DNA of 64,000 nt from Chiloscyllium plagiosum. Lineage: Eukaryota. Position numbers and translations under genes: made by a program. Shown here one piece after another: positions 23,996-37,329 of the stretch. The notes under the pieces are model-generated. The model worked only from the letters and a program-made list of their open reading frames with translations, did no database searches and was not told the origin of the DNA. The stretch is taken from positions 3,195,974 to 3,259,973 of the forward strand of contig NC_057751.1 in the NCBI RefSeq assembly GCF_004010195.1, read 5' to 3'. How positions within the stretch are numbered: the stretch's first letter is position 1; the number at the start of each line of letters is the position of its first letter.

Positions 23996-25242
23996 AGATG
24001 TTTGAGAAACGTCTTCACTTATTACAGCGATAATGTATTCCTGAATTAACAACGTCACCCCATCTTCTTTCTTGCCTCCTTTCCTATCCTTCCTATTGCA
24101 TCTAAAACCTGGAACTTTGAGCTGTCAATCTTGTCCATCTCTCAGCCAAGTTTCTCTAATAGCTATGATGTCTCAATCCCATCTTCTTAAATATGTCCTC
24201 AGTTCATCAACCTTAACTATAAGTCCCCTTGCATTCAAATAAATGCAGTTTAGTTCTTCAGACTCTGATTCTTTCTTGTCTTTCTTTTCAAACTGATGTG
24301 CTCTCTTCACATTCATAACCTTCCCCACCAATCTTTGTATTTACACTGCTACTTAGAATTCCTCCACTCCCCCTCTCTATTAGGATAAAGCTTCCTCTAA
24401 TGGAATGAGCAAATCTGCCTGTTCAGATATTGATCCCTTTCCAGTTCAGATTAGACCCATCCTTTTTCAACAGATCTTTACTGTCCCAAAATACATTCTA
24501 TTTATCCAAAACCTGATTTCCTGAACAATCAACAAAATTTTCAGCCATTGATTGATCTCCTTGATCTTTTTGTTCCTTCCCTCATTTTAGCAAATGAAGC
24601 ACAGTTGAACCGGAGTGTACATTGCAGATGAAATGATCATGATGATTGAGAATTATTTCATTACTGTGTCCAGTGACACTGAAAGTGCAGCACTTGTTTT
24701 TAAATGCTCATACAACTACTATGGGTTATACTCAGGAACCACAGTTAAATTATCCTTGTTGTTTTGTAAACTGCTGAGGGCTATCCATCTTTCAAAATCT
24801 CCAGACTGTGCTAATGCTGTTGGAGCATGGCTATGTATTCATTTTATGTTTAATAATGAAATCATAGTTGTGCCTTGGCAATTGAATAGAGGTCCCTTCA
24901 CTTGAGAACCAGGAGTGTGTGTGCATGCACCACAGAATTGAGATTTTTGCAGTTCTTCTTTCTTGCTGTGCTGCCCTGGATCGTGATCCTCCTTTGTTAC
25001 TTATGTCTCCTCATCAAACGACATGGCAGTTTTCTGTCGTAGTCGCCTGCTCCTTCAGATCTCTTAAACGATTTCCAAATGGGTGAGGGGTTTGCCCTCT
25101 GGATCCCTGTATTGTTGACAAGTCCGGCACAGAAAGTTTGAGGAACAGTAGCTTGTTCTTGGCTGGTTGTTCCAGCATGAAAATGTACTTGTTTGGTTTT
25201 CTTTCAGTGCACATATTAATTTTGTTTCCATTCATCCATTAG

Positions 25243-25293
25243 GTTATTCGTGGGAACAGCATTATTATGCTCGAAGCCTTAGAACGAGTCTAG
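25243..25293 (+). CDS. SNRPG: Small nuclear ribonucleoprotein G, last coding exon
   Basis: attAG acceptor; encodes VIRGNSIIMLEALERV-TAG (Sm2 motif). Phase 0 matches the previous exon. Confidence 0.97.
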   Translation, partial: VIRGNSIIMLEALERV

Positions 25294-25535
25294 TGAAGAT
25301 GGCAGTTATTGCTGAAACCATGGCAGAGTTGATGAATCGAGAGAACTGTTCCAAGCTGTTAGTCGTCTTGGGTTTTTGAGATAAAAGGCAATGTGTTCAA
25401 AGTTAATATGGAGCGACATAGGTCCTTAGTGAATACTGGATGATTTTGGGATCTGAACTACCTGCGAAGTCTTGTTTTGTATGAAATGTATTTGTATTCT
25501 ACAAGTTGACTATTCTTGAACACTGAATGATCTGT

Positions 25536-25541
25536 AATAAA
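25536..25541 (+). terminator. SNRPG polyadenylation signal
   Basis: AATAAA about 240 nt after the stop, followed by T/GT-rich sequence. Confidence 0.75.
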
Positions 25542-25629
25542 ACATTTGTAGTTTTTTGAAAATAATTTGTGTGCGTTGAGTATTGGAATGGGAGGTGGTT
25601 ATAGACTCCCGACACATCTGATGGAAATA

Positions 25630-25789
25630 CAGAGGAACCTCTTATGATCCGAAGGACACAGGCTGGGCGTATTTTGTTTGGTTAATCGAACTCCGGATAA
25701 CCAAATGCCGGATAACTTAGTTTAGCCGAGCATCAGGACATTGTGATCTTGCCGGATAATCCAGTATTTGAATAATCGAGCTTCCTCTG
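25630..25789. mobile_element. Tc1/mariner (Tigger/pogo-like) MITE
   Basis: TIRs CAGAGGAACCTC and GAGCTTCCTCTG; TA on the left flank and TG on the right; internal CCGGATAA subrepeats. Confidence 0.65.
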
Positions 25790-25879
25790 TGTACCAAGTA
25801 CAAATGCGCATGAATGAAAATCAGCATGTTGCACCTGCCAGCTGCATTCATACTCTTAACATTGCGATTGTCAATGGAA

Positions 25880-26445
25880 GTTTGCTTACTGAGCTGGAAG
25901 GTTCCTATTCAGATTTTTCATCACCATACTAAGTAATATCAGTGAGCATCTGGTGAAGCACTGTTGTGAGTGACGTGCGTTCTATTTGTGTTTAGGTTTC
26001 CTTGGGTTGGTGATGACACCACCACAGGAACTGAAATTGCCTGTTCTTTTTCCTCAGGGTGGTAAATGCAGTCCAGGTCAGTGTGTTTGTTGATAGAGTT
26101 CTTGTCGGAATGTAGTCCCTCTCGGAATTCTGATGCGTGTCTCTGGCTTGTCCTCGGATGGATGTGATGTCCCACTGCAAGTGGTGTCCTTACTCGTCAT
26201 TATGTAAAGATACCAGTGAGAGAGGGTGTTGTCTTTTTGTGGCTCGTTGATGTACGTGTATCCTGGTGGCTCGTTTTCTGCCTGTTTGTCCAATGTAGTG
26301 TTTGTTACAGTTCTTGCAAGGTATTTTGTCAATGACATTAGTTTTGCTTGTTGTCTGTATAGAGTATTTGAAGTTCATTAGCTGCTGTTTTAGTGGGTTT
26401 GTGGGCTACCATGATGCTAAGGGGTTGAGTAGTCTGGCAGTCTCC
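25880..26445 (-). mobile_element. Penelope-like element of a second family, GIY-YIG fragment
   Basis: NVIDKIPCKNCNKHYIGQTGRKRATRIHVH is a GIY-YIG signature. Confidence 0.8.
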
Positions 26446-26609
26446 CCTACATCAAAGACATCTTGGAACTCACTGCCAGATCATATTGTTGTGCTCTAAG
26501 TACACACTTATGATTACAGGAAATGTGTCTTCCCTCCCCATCAATGCAATCAAGTTAACAAACTATCCAACTTTCTTTTTCTGAGCATCTGACTGATCAA
26601 TGAAATGTT

Positions 26610-27070
26610 GACAGTGAAGGAGAAGTGTTGCGGAGGGAACAGTCCCTGTCGATGACTCGAGGAAGGGGAATCTGTTTCTGGTGCCATCCCGCTGGAGATG
26701 CCAGAAATGGCAGCTAATGATGCTCTGGGTGTGGATGCTGGTGGGATGGCCTGTGAGGACAATGGGTGAAGACTGAAATGTGGGAGATGAATTGGACCTG
26801 GCTGATGGTGCTGTCAAATATGATGCTGTGGAGTCTATGGTTGAAGAAGAAGGTGGATGTTTGTTCAAGTTGGCCTCATCAAATCAGATGCAATGGAGAC
26901 AGAGGAGCTGGGAGAATGGATTAATGTCTTTACAGGAAGCAGGGTGGGAGAATGTGTGGTCATAACTGTGGGAGTCAGTGGGTTTGTAGTAGATACTGGG
27001 TGCCAGCCAATCCCCAGAAATGAAAACAGATGTTGAGGAAGGGAAGGTAGCAAACAAGGTGAGAGCGGGT
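26610..27070 (-). mobile_element. Penelope-like RT fragment
   Basis: Reverse homology to 9930-10400 (CAAACCCACTGACTCCCACAG etc.). Confidence 0.7.
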
Positions 27071-27614
27071 TGGAAATTCTAATCGACTATTTCTGTAAAT
27101 TATCGTTTCCAACCAAATGGTTACACCTTTATTCAGTCATGTATCTGTCCAACTGTGTTCACACAGCATATATTCCAGGTTAGTGCACATGACTGCCTAT
27201 CCTGTTAAACATACACATGCTCCTAAATATCCAATCATCTCGTGTTCATATTTCTGAGCTCTGAGTACACATTCTGGTTACAGGAAATGCATCTTGCCTC
27301 CCCCATCAATGCAATCAAGTTAATAAACTACTAAACTTTCTTCTTCTGAGCATCTGATTGATCAATGAACAATTAATGTTGAATTTGCAGACAACCCACT
27401 GCAACATTTGAGTTGGTCTGTTGCTCGTGTTGATAGGTTTGAGTCAAACTTGTCAAGTCATGAACTAGTTACAGGATTGCCTCAGTCCCTGATGTTGATT
27501 ATTAAGTTAGAGAACTGCTGGCTGAATATCCATTTCAGCTGCAGGAGATTGGGGATGGGAGAGTAATGAGTGACGAGCAGAATGCTGCAGATTGTGGAAG
27601 TCAGAGAAGTGACT

Positions 27615-28450
27615 AGACATCCTGATCAGGTAGATCAGTGAACTGAGGAGTGGCATATGGAGTTGAGGTAAATGTGAGGTGCTGCATTTTGGAAAGGCAA
27701 ATCAGGGCAGGACTTAGACACTTAATGGTAAGGTCCTGGGGAGTGCTGCTGAAAATAGAGACCCTGGAGTGCAGGTTCATAGCTCCTTGAAAGTGGAATC
27801 TCAGGAAGATAGGATAGTGAAGAAGGCGTTTAGTATGCTTTATTGATCAGAGCATCGAGTGTAGGGATTGGAAGGTCATGTGGCTATACAGGACATTGGT
27901 TAGGCTGTTTTTGGAACTTGCATGCAGTATGGGTCTCCTTCCTTTCAAGGTGTGAAAGTTGAAAGAGTTCAGAAACGTTTTACAAGGATGTTGTCAGAAT
28001 TGGAGGATTTGAGCTATGGGGAGAGGTGGAACAGGCTGGGACTGTTTTCCCTGGAGCGTCAGAGGCTGAGGAGGGACCTTATAAGACATCTATAAAATCA
28101 TAGGGGGCATGGATAGGGTAAATAGGCAAGGTCTTTTCACTCGGATGGAGGAGTCCAGAAGTAGAGGCTATAGGTTCAGGGTGAGAAGGGAAAGATATAA
28201 AAGGGACCGGAGGGACAATGTTTTAATGCAGAGGGTGGTGTGCTTGTGGAATGAGCTGCCAGAGGAAGTGGTGGAGGCTGGTACAATGACAGCATTGAAA
28301 AGGCAGCTGGATAGGTACATGAATAGGAAGGGTTTCGAGGGATATGGGCCAAGGGCTGGCAAATGGGGCCACGTTAGGTTAGGATATCTGGTCAGCATAG
28401 ACTGGTTGGACCGAAGGGTCTGTTTCCGTGCTGTACATCTCTATCACTTC
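27615..28450 (+). mobile_element. CR1 LINE 3' portion
   Basis: KCEVLHFG, LGLFSLERQRLRRDL and WNELPEEVVEAG motifs. Confidence 0.85.
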
Positions 28451-31400
28451 AAATAATCAGCAAGTCAGGTAAGAGATGAAGGGATAACCTTATGTGTGGG
28501 TGACCAAGAATGCTGTGCATTTCCTGGCAAGAAAAACCTGCTGGGAGGGATCCTTGTGCATTGTTTGTGTTTGATGTGCATTATGTTGACCACCCGTAGC
28601 TTCTCTGGCACGTGCTCCTAGTGCGCTGGTAGGAGAGGAGAAAGTTGGCAGTCATGGCCATGGGGATGTACAAACTAATCTGGTGAAATGTATGGTTCAT
28701 ACATGGCATGAGGAAGTCGTAGATATACGTACCTGAATAGAAATGATTTGGGGGATGCGGGCCAAATCAGGCAAATGGAACTAGTTGAGTTTGAGGAAAC
28801 CTAGTTGGCAGAGACAAATTGGATGGAAGGGTCTATTTCTGTGTTGTATGACCTTGATGTACTACTTGCTGTCTAATTGTCTATCACCCCATGTGTTGTT
28901 GGATACAGCTTCCAATCGTGATTCCTATTGTGGACTGCTATTTTTCAGGCCAGAATGAGGATCTTGTGTGGCCAAGCAGTCAGTCAGGGGTGACCTGAAA
29001 AATTGCATTTGAGAAGGTGGTGGTTTGACTCTGGCCAGGGCTTGTTTCTGTGTTGCTGTTTGATTATAGTGTATTATAAGTATGACATATTAACATATCA
29101 AGTGTTTTCTGTTAAACAATCACCCCGGTTAGCAACCAAACGTGCTGCAATAACAAAGCAGCAATTTGCGTTTATGTAGCAACTTTACATCAGGCACTTT
29201 ACGGGTGCCTTTTGAAGCAAAATTCGAACGCTCGGCGCAGATACAATGAGCTGAATGGCCATGCTGTGTGGTACTCAATCGTTAGCGATCAAAGGCAAGT
29301 GACCCAAAAGCTCAGTATGTGACCGAGGTTCAAAGTAGAGTTTGCTGTGAGCATGAGTGACTTGTTGTTGAGCTCAGCCTTCAGTGGTGCTGTTCTGGAA
29401 ACAGCCTGTCAGTGACACCAGGTTTTGTTACATTTTGTTTGCCAATAGTCAACAGGTTTATTTTAGCAAATCATCAAGAGCTGAGTTAAAAATATACTCT
29501 CCTGTAATGATATTCTATTAATTCCTTTTCTTGGTGTTTGGAATGACAGTGCAATAAATGTTATTTATTATTGTCTGTGAGCATGCTGAGTAGCGTGTCT
29601 CAGAAATCCTGTTGGGGCATCTGTTTCTGATCTGCGTTGAGGGCAGCTCAGAGACGGCTCTCCAGGTGAGCTCCAGAGTTGAAAGGCTTGTCTTCTGAAG
29701 AAAGATGGTCTACGCTCATGACATTTTAGACGAATGAGAAGATGTTTCCTCATGGGGCAATCTGAAACAAGTGGGCAAGGCTTTCAGTGAAAATGTTCAA
29801 GATAAAACAGCTAGGGTGACATTACTTCTCTCAAAGGGCCATGAGTTAGTGGAATTCACTACCTCAGAAGGTGATGGACACTGGGCTGCAAAAGAAATTT
29901 GGGAAATGATCACATTGAAGATTTTGTCATATCAAATGGTGGAGCAGGCTCCTGGGGCCAAATCGCCTTGTCCTACTCCAAGTTGCATTTCAGTGAGTGT
30001 ACCTGGGCACTGAAGTTAAGCAGTTTGCTGTTGGTAACCCTGAGGGAGGTACAGACTGATGCGCCAACATAATTCAGACCCATCCCCCACTCTGTATCCC
30101 TTTTGAATGACCACCATACTTGGGGGGGGGGCCAGCCCAAGTGCTGGAGACAATGCACTGGAGGGCCATGCGGATTTTCATACACCCTCACTTCAAATTA
30201 ATCAACTTCGCTTGGAAGTTGTGTCTCGTCTGTATTCCACTTCCCATCTCGTTTGCCTCCATAGGCTGCCTTTCATTCAAACCCTCAAGATGATTGACTT
30301 GTGAAACTGGCTGAATACAGCAGTCAAATATGTGACCGGGTGAGGGACGGTGGTGATACATTTAGTCGCTATTCAGTCCGATCTCTATTGGGTATATTGC
30401 AGTGGGGAGGTCTGATGAGAAGTCACCGGAATTGAAATTTTGCCTTCTCCCCACAAATGTTGCCAGCCCTGCTGAGCTTATCCAGCGATGTCTGTTTTTG
30501 TTTCCGATTTCCAGCATCTGTTGGAACGGGGATATCTCTGTCCAATGGCCTTCACGTTCTTTTGAAATCTGAGCATTTCAGTCTTGGTGTCACGCAACAG
30601 ACAGAATTTAAAATGATAAAACAGCACAGAGATTGTAAACACAGCTATCATAGTGTTGATTTCATGGTTTATGAACTGGTCAGCTCAGTTAGAAACTGGA
30701 GTGGCCTGTTACCTGCCCTCTTCAAAGAGGGATGTAGTATTGGATGTGAAAGGAAACGACAGAATTTAGAAGTAGCGAATTTTCAATCAACATGCCACTA
30801 GATGTCAGTGGAGCACCATAAGTTTTAAACTCTGTGGAGCTGATATGTTTCTCTGCTGAGACTATCTTTCAGTTCAAGCTGTGATCATAAATTAGTTTCA
30901 CTTGTCTGCGCTTGGCCCATGGTCCTCTAAATCATTTTTATTCTTGTATTTTTCCAACAAGCAATGCAATCAGTGATGTTCTAATGCGAGGTGGGTTTTT
31001 ATCTGTGACTTTTTCTCCATTTTTTCTCCTGGTCTTGAGCATTGGAAGAAATGGCTCACCATGTTGCTAATAGCAGGTGAACAGGTTGTCATTTGTGCCT
31101 GTGAAAGTTTGCAGAGAGCTTCCATTAAGGTTCAGCTTGTGGTAGTTTTCCCACTACGTTTCCAGTGAGTGTTTTCTGTGGTGAGCTGCCTGAATGAGCT
31201 GGTGCTGGGACATGACCAGGCGAGGCTGGGACTGTCACACCTGGGAGGCTGCAGCTCACAGCTTCAAGTTCCACACCAGAGTCTTGGGCTCATCATTCTT
31301 GGCCGACATTGCCAATGTATGGTGGGCGGTGTGCTGCTCTTGAAGCTGCTGGACCACAGTTAGCGGTGTGGTGGGCTGATGCCTTGATCAACACGATGAC

Positions 31401-33153
31401 GCAGGTTTGTGGGATCTGACTGTGCCCAAATTGGCAGCTGTATTTCCTGTATTGCAAGGGAGGCACACTGTTTCTCCAATGGACTTTGAGGCACAAACAA
31501 ATTTCTTTGAAAATAGGGTTGGAATGACGCTATCTGGATGTAATTGAGTCAGTTCAGAATTACATATTTGGGGGCTATTGGCTTCTGAGGATAGCACAAA
31601 GAAAGTAGCACCAAATGACTAACCTATTTCCTGACTTGAGTGTTAACTGCAGCTCAGATATGCGACCTGAGTGAATTGTTCTTGCAGAGAATGCCTTGTG
31701 TGTTCCTAGTGAGAATTCCTGTTCACATGTTTTGTGGTCATCCAGCCCTGTTGCCAATCTGACTTGATGTTGCCTGCCCTATCTGTGGCAGTGTGTGGTA
31801 TAACTGTTTGCAAAGATAAAAGGTAGCTGTGAAGGAGCAGCGCTCTGAAAGGTAGTGCTTCCAAAAAAAATACCAGTAGGATTATAACCTGGTGTTGTGA
31901 TTTTTTTTTCCCTTTAAATTTGGTCCACCCCAGTCCAACACTGGCTCATCCACATGTTGTTGTTTGCAAAGTAAACTTTTGTTTTTTCAGAGATTCCTCC
32001 TTTTCAGTGGAAAGTACAATTCAACAGCCAGAGCAGAAAGCAGGTGGCTTCCTGGGGTATCAGTACCCACGGGCTTGGTTTAATCAATCCACATTCACAT
32101 GAGCAAATTGATTGGCAACAGATGCAATGAGGAAACCATTGCTGGAGATCCGAAATAAAAACAAGGTGGTGGAGAATTACAGCAAGTGTGGAGAGAGAAA
32201 GAGTACATTTTTTGATCTGGTTGGACTCTTGCTCTGACCCACTGGGACTCCCTGCCTTCAAAACTGACTGCAAATGTAGATTTACAAAACTCATGCGCCC
32301 TCCCAAGTAGCGTCAGATATTGCTGTTCTCAGTAATTATGCCTAGATTACAAATCAGTGGGGAGGTTAATGCCTGTTCACCCAGACACCCCGGAAGTGTT
32401 CAAATCCTGCCACGGCAGATGGTGGAATTTGAATTTAATAAAACTAAAAAATCGGCAGTTAAGAGGCCAATGGTGACCGTGAATCCGTTATCGATTGTGG
32501 AAAAACCCCATCTGGTTGGATGATTTCCTTTAGGGAAGGAAACTGCCATTCTTTGCTGGGCTGGTCTCCACACCCACAGCAATGGAAGGTTTGAGTTATA
32601 AAGAAAGACTGGATAGGATGGCACTGTTTGTTTTCACTGGAGCACCTGACACAAATTAACAATAACAGGTATGGTTAGAGTTAATGGCAGTTGTCTTTGT
32701 CCTAGGATGGGGGCACATTTTTACGGTGAGAGGAGAGAGATTTAAATAAGGTGGGTAAATGTTTTAGCCAGAGGGTGATTCTGTCCGTACATAGAGCAGG
32801 CACAATTTGATTTCAGCATGCACTTGTGTGGGAGGCACCTGCTACTGTGAAATCAGGATGGTCACAGCTTCCAAGAGAGTGGTTTAATATACTCCTGCCC
32901 ACCGTTCATGTGACCCGACACTGACCATCAGTGTAATAATGTGGATAGTGCTGCTCCGGTCACCAATTAAAACCCAGGGCTGTCATATCTGGCGTCCAAG
33001 GTCTCGTATTGTTGAGCCCATCACTGAGGTGAATATTGTTACTTTGCACTGGAAGCAGTAAAGTACTTTTGATCCCAGTGTAGGAAGATAACTTTGCCCT
33101 GTTTGAAACTGAGAGTGATCCAGAAGCAGGTGCAAAGTTCTGCTTTTTTTTAG

Positions 33154-33302
33154 AGCTGAAAATGTGTTGCTGGAACAGCACAGCAGGTCAGGCAGCATCC
33201 AGGGAACAGGAGAATCGACGTTTCGGGCATAAGCCCTTCTTCAGGCTTCCAGCAACACTTTTTCAGCTCTGATCTCCAGCATCTGCAGACCTCACTTTCT
33301 CC
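33154..33302. mobile_element. Short Penelope-derived element with inverted ends
   Basis: Flanked by duplicated TCTGCTTTTTTT(T)AG (33139-33153 and 33303-33316). Hammerhead-like core on the minus strand ends at 33244. Confidence 0.75.
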
Positions 33303-33564
33303 TCTGCTTTTTTTAGGCCAGGATATTCACTCACTGCCAGTCTCCGGGGAATTCCTCTTTCTCTCTGAGATATCAAAAGGATGGTATGCAGTCCAGCGAA
33401 TAAGCAGACCAAACTGTCTTCAGTGAGCCCTTCAGTTTGGCCATCCAGTGAGCTCAGCAAAGGGTGATTCATACCTTTTAAAAACATGAAGGAGAAGCTT
33501 CCTGTCAGCCAGGAGGGAGCTAACATGCTCTGGCTCCATTGTCAAGTTGTCTCAGTTTATCCTC

Positions 33565-34556
33565 CCACCGACCGACCGACCGACTCCCACAGCTACCTAG
33601 ACTACACCTCCTCCCACCCTGCCCCCTGTAAAAACGCCATCACATATTCCCAATTCCTTCGTCTCCGCCGCATCTGCTCCCAGGAGGACCAGTTCCAAAA
33701 CCGTACAACCCAGATGGCCTCCTTTTTCAAGGACCGCAATTTCCCGCCAGACGTAGTCGACAATGCCCTCCACCGCATCTCTTCCACTTCCCGCTCCTCT
33801 ACCCTTGAGCCCCGCCCCTCCAACCGCCNNNNNNNNNNNNNNNNNNNNNNNNNNNNNNNNNNNNNNNNNNNNNNNNNNNNNNNNNNNNNNNNNNNNNNNN
33901 NNNNNNNNNNNNNNNNNNNNNNNNNNNNNNNNNNNNNNNNNNNNNNNNNNNNNNNNNNNNNNNNNNNNNNNNNNNNNNNNNNNNNNNNNNNNNNNNNNNN
34001 NNNNNNNNNNNNNNNNNNNNNNNNNNNNNNNNNNNNNNNNNNNNNNNNNNNNNNNNNNNNNNNNNNNNNNNNNNNNNNNNNNNNNNNNNNNNNNNNNNNN
34101 NNNNNNNNNNNNNNNNNNNNNNNNNNNNNNNNNNNNNNNNNNNNNNNNNNNNNNNNNNNNNNNNNNNNNNNNNNNNNNNNNNNNNNNNNNNNNNNNNNNN
34201 NNNNNNNNNNNNNNNNNNNNNNNNNNNNNNNNNNNNNNNNNNNNNNNNNNNNNNNNNNNNNNNNNNNNNNNNNNNNNNNNNNNNNNNNNNNNNNNNNNNN
34301 NNNNNNNNNNNNNNNNNNNNNNNNNNNNNNNNNNNNNNNNCCCCACCCCCCTCCAGCCTATCACCCTCACCTTGACCTCCCTCCACCTATCGCAATTCCT
34401 ACGGCCCTCCCCCAAGTCCCTCCTCCCTACCTTTTATCTTAGCCTGCTGGACACACTTTCCTCATTCCTGAAGAAGGGCTTATGCCCGAAACGTCGATTC
34501 TCCTGTTCCTTGGATGCTGCCTGACCTGCTGCGCTTTTCCAGCAACACATTTTCAG
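33565..34556 (+). mobile_element. 5'-truncated Penelope-like element spanning an N gap (33829-34340)
   Basis: Encodes PTDSHSYLDY...YSQFLRLRRICS. Hammerhead-like core at 34468-34495. 14-bp TSD CTCAGTTTATCCTC at 33551-33564 and 34557-34570. Confidence 0.85.
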
Positions 34557-35207
34557 CTCAGTTTATCCTCAGACTGGTTGGCTGGTGTGTGACCAGACCA
34601 CTTTGTTCAAAGTAATTTCTGTCACTCTGTAACTCACTCCTCTGTAAAGGTTATCAGCTTGTCATACTCAGCATCTCGCTGGACTTACTCTTAAAAATAC
34701 CCTCTCAAGACTCTCCACATCTCAAACTGTCTTTCTTCAGGAAGACATATCTCTGAGCAGCCTTTTTCTCACCTGCCTTCATAAATGTCTGCCTCTGACT
34801 TAATATCAGTTTTGTTTTGTGACGCTGTCTTGGGAAGTGTTAGGTTAAAGATGCTACATAAATGCTCGTTAAATATTATAGGTGCATGGTTCCAGAGTTT
34901 CTGTTTTACATTTACCACTCAGATGCAAATTGTGTGGGTTCGACAAATAACCATTTAAAACCCTTTGTTGTTAAATATTTGGCTGCTGCTTCAGCACCAC
35001 AGGGAACACACAGCTGACCCAATGCAGCATGTGAATGCAATCTCTTCCCCCACCACCTCTTCAATGTCTTTGCTGATGGCGTGTTGAATTTCTGAATTAG
35101 GCTGAGTTTATTGGAGATTGCACAGACTATTGAAGACTGGGTTTGGTAAATAAACGGGAAAATGGACAGGCTACAGCACGGTCCAGGTTGTCAAGTCGTT
35201 CGTGGCA

Positions 35208-35252
35208 AGATTAGATTAGATTAGATTAGATTAGATTAGATTAGATTAGATT
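35208..35252. repeat. (AGATT)n microsatellite
   Basis: About 9 tandem units. Confidence 0.95.
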
Positions 35253-36319
35253 CCCTAAGTGAGATAATGTGCAGGGATACTGTTTGAAAACTCTCAGACC
35301 GGCCAAACACATAGGACGTTCTCAAGCGATGTTTTTAATGTTTGAGGCATTTTGAAGGATTTAGCAACATAAGCGTGGGCCACTGAGGGCTGCCACTCAA
35401 TGATGGCCACGTGCCATCCAATTCCACTGATTCACGTTTATTGCCTCCCTTGTCCAAGATATATCGATTTAACTCTGAGCTGACTGTAAGCAATGACCCA
35501 GCCTTGACCTCTCACCGGGCAGGAAAATTCCAAACGCCCACAGTCCCCTGAGAGAAACGGATTCTGACTGGAAAAGGAGCTCCCTTATTTATAAGCTGCG
35601 TCCCATTTCCTCATCATGCCCACAGCGGGCAGCATCCTGGCATTACCCACCCTGTCAGTTCCCCCGAGGACCTCGCCCACTTCTGCAACCTCGCCTCTCG
35701 TTTCTCTGAGGGAAAGACCCAAACTGTGCAAGCTTCCTTGAGAAGATACACGTTTCATCCCAGCAGTGAGTCAATTTTTTCAGAATGTTTTTAATTTGCT
35801 CTGCATTTTACTTCGGGTGAGAGATCAGTGAGCAGTTCATCATGAGAGACTGATCGATGGAATGCAAGTAAAACTTAAGTTAGACTTGCTATGTTTTACT
35901 AATAATTTTTAGGAAACCCATTGGTTGGAAATCGTGTGTGTTGGAAGCAATAGAAAGGCCTGGGGATTTGCTCATGCCACCCATCTGAATAATTTACTGC
36001 CAGCTGCTGGGTCGGGATGTGTTGATTTGGTAACTTGTGAACTTGCCTGAGCTGAGGGTGATTGTACTGAGAGTCATTTAAGTTATGAGCTGCTGAAGAG
36101 ATGTGATTGAACGCGGTGCGGGGCACTGGCTGTCGGCTATGAGAGTCCAAAAAGGGGATGAAGTTTTAGTGGTGTCAACCAAGTTCTGGGGAACATTGCA
36201 CCGACAGAAGGAAGCTTGGTCCCTTTTTTCACTGATATAAATGATTTCAGTTGGGTTAGCCACAGGATGGGCTAACTTCCTGCTGGAGCATATCACAGCG
36301 GTGGCATTTGTGATCTACC

Positions 36320-36700
36320 CAGCACAATGGCTCAGTGGTTGGCACTGCTGCCTCACAGCGTCAGGGACCCGGTTTCGATTGGACCCTCAGGTGACTGTCT
36401 CCAGTGCTCCGGTTTCCTCCCACAGTCCAAAGATGTGCAGCTTAGGTGGACTGCCCATACTGTCCAGGGATGTGCATGTTGGGTTAGCCGTGGGTAATGC
36501 AGGGTTACAGGGATAGGATGGGGGGGGGAGGTCTGTATGTGTTGCTCTTCAGAGGGTCAGTGTGGAGAAGGGCTAATGCCCGAAACGTCGATTCTCCTGT
36601 TCCCTAGATGCTGCCTGACCTGCTGTGCTTTTCCAGCAACACATTTCCATCAGTGTGGACTCACAGGCTGACTGACCTGCTTGCACTCTGCAGGGTGTCT
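36320..36700 (+). mobile_element. HE1-type SINE interrupted by a short Penelope-derived insert (36567-36649)
   Basis: SINE head at 36320. The insert is flanked by the 10-bp duplication TCAGTGTGGA (36557-36566 and 36650-36659). Confidence 0.7.
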
Positions 36701-37329
36701 ATGATTCTGAGTCATTGTTAGAAACCAGCTTTTCTGTTTTGTTGCTTTATTTGGCATGGGCATTTTTGATGCCATGGGTTGGTGTTTGGAAGTGGAAAAC
36801 TTTTTTTTTGCTCATGTTACTGAGTAACACATTATTTAAAGCTCAGTTTGTAGATGGGAGATTATTTGGAGTCCTCTCTGAGTGTCCTGACAGTGAATCC
36901 TGAAAATGGAACCTTCTGAGAAGGGGGGTGGGGGGAAATGAACAAATGGTTTTGTAACCCTCCAGATAGTAGCTTTTAAAGTGCAGTGATGGTCCAAAAC
37001 TGATTAATTCTCAATTTGGCTCAGTGCCTTGACAGCAGCCTTTTTGTGCACAGGATGATTCCACATGCAGCAAGTGCTGGAGTTGTCCCTGGTGTGAGTC
37101 AGAGATTGTTGATAGATGGCTCAGTCAATATGTGTATATACTCATTTGATTTACTGTTTTCTCGTTTGATTTAGCCATCTCACTTCCTTGTTCATCTTGA
37201 GGATCAGCCCCTCTGAAGCAACAAAGTCCTGGTGGCTATTACAAACACATTGTGGTTATATGGATAGAAAACATGAATGAAAGCCACTGAAAAATCCACA
37301 GTGACTGAGCTTACTGCATGTTTGATTGG

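Noticed and set aside
24405..24425. ATGAGCAAA (MSK) as a candidate SNRPG start
   Set aside because: It lies downstream of the penultimate exon and continues MSKSAC, not MSKAHPP.
24635..24690. Possible C/D-box snoRNA in the SNRPG intron (ATGATGA...CTGA)
   Set aside because: The boxes are only about 45 nt apart and there is no convincing terminal stem.
31040..31400. Exon-like minus-strand stretch that might continue the lectin-like gene
   Set aside because: Multiple stops in every frame and no motif I can identify.
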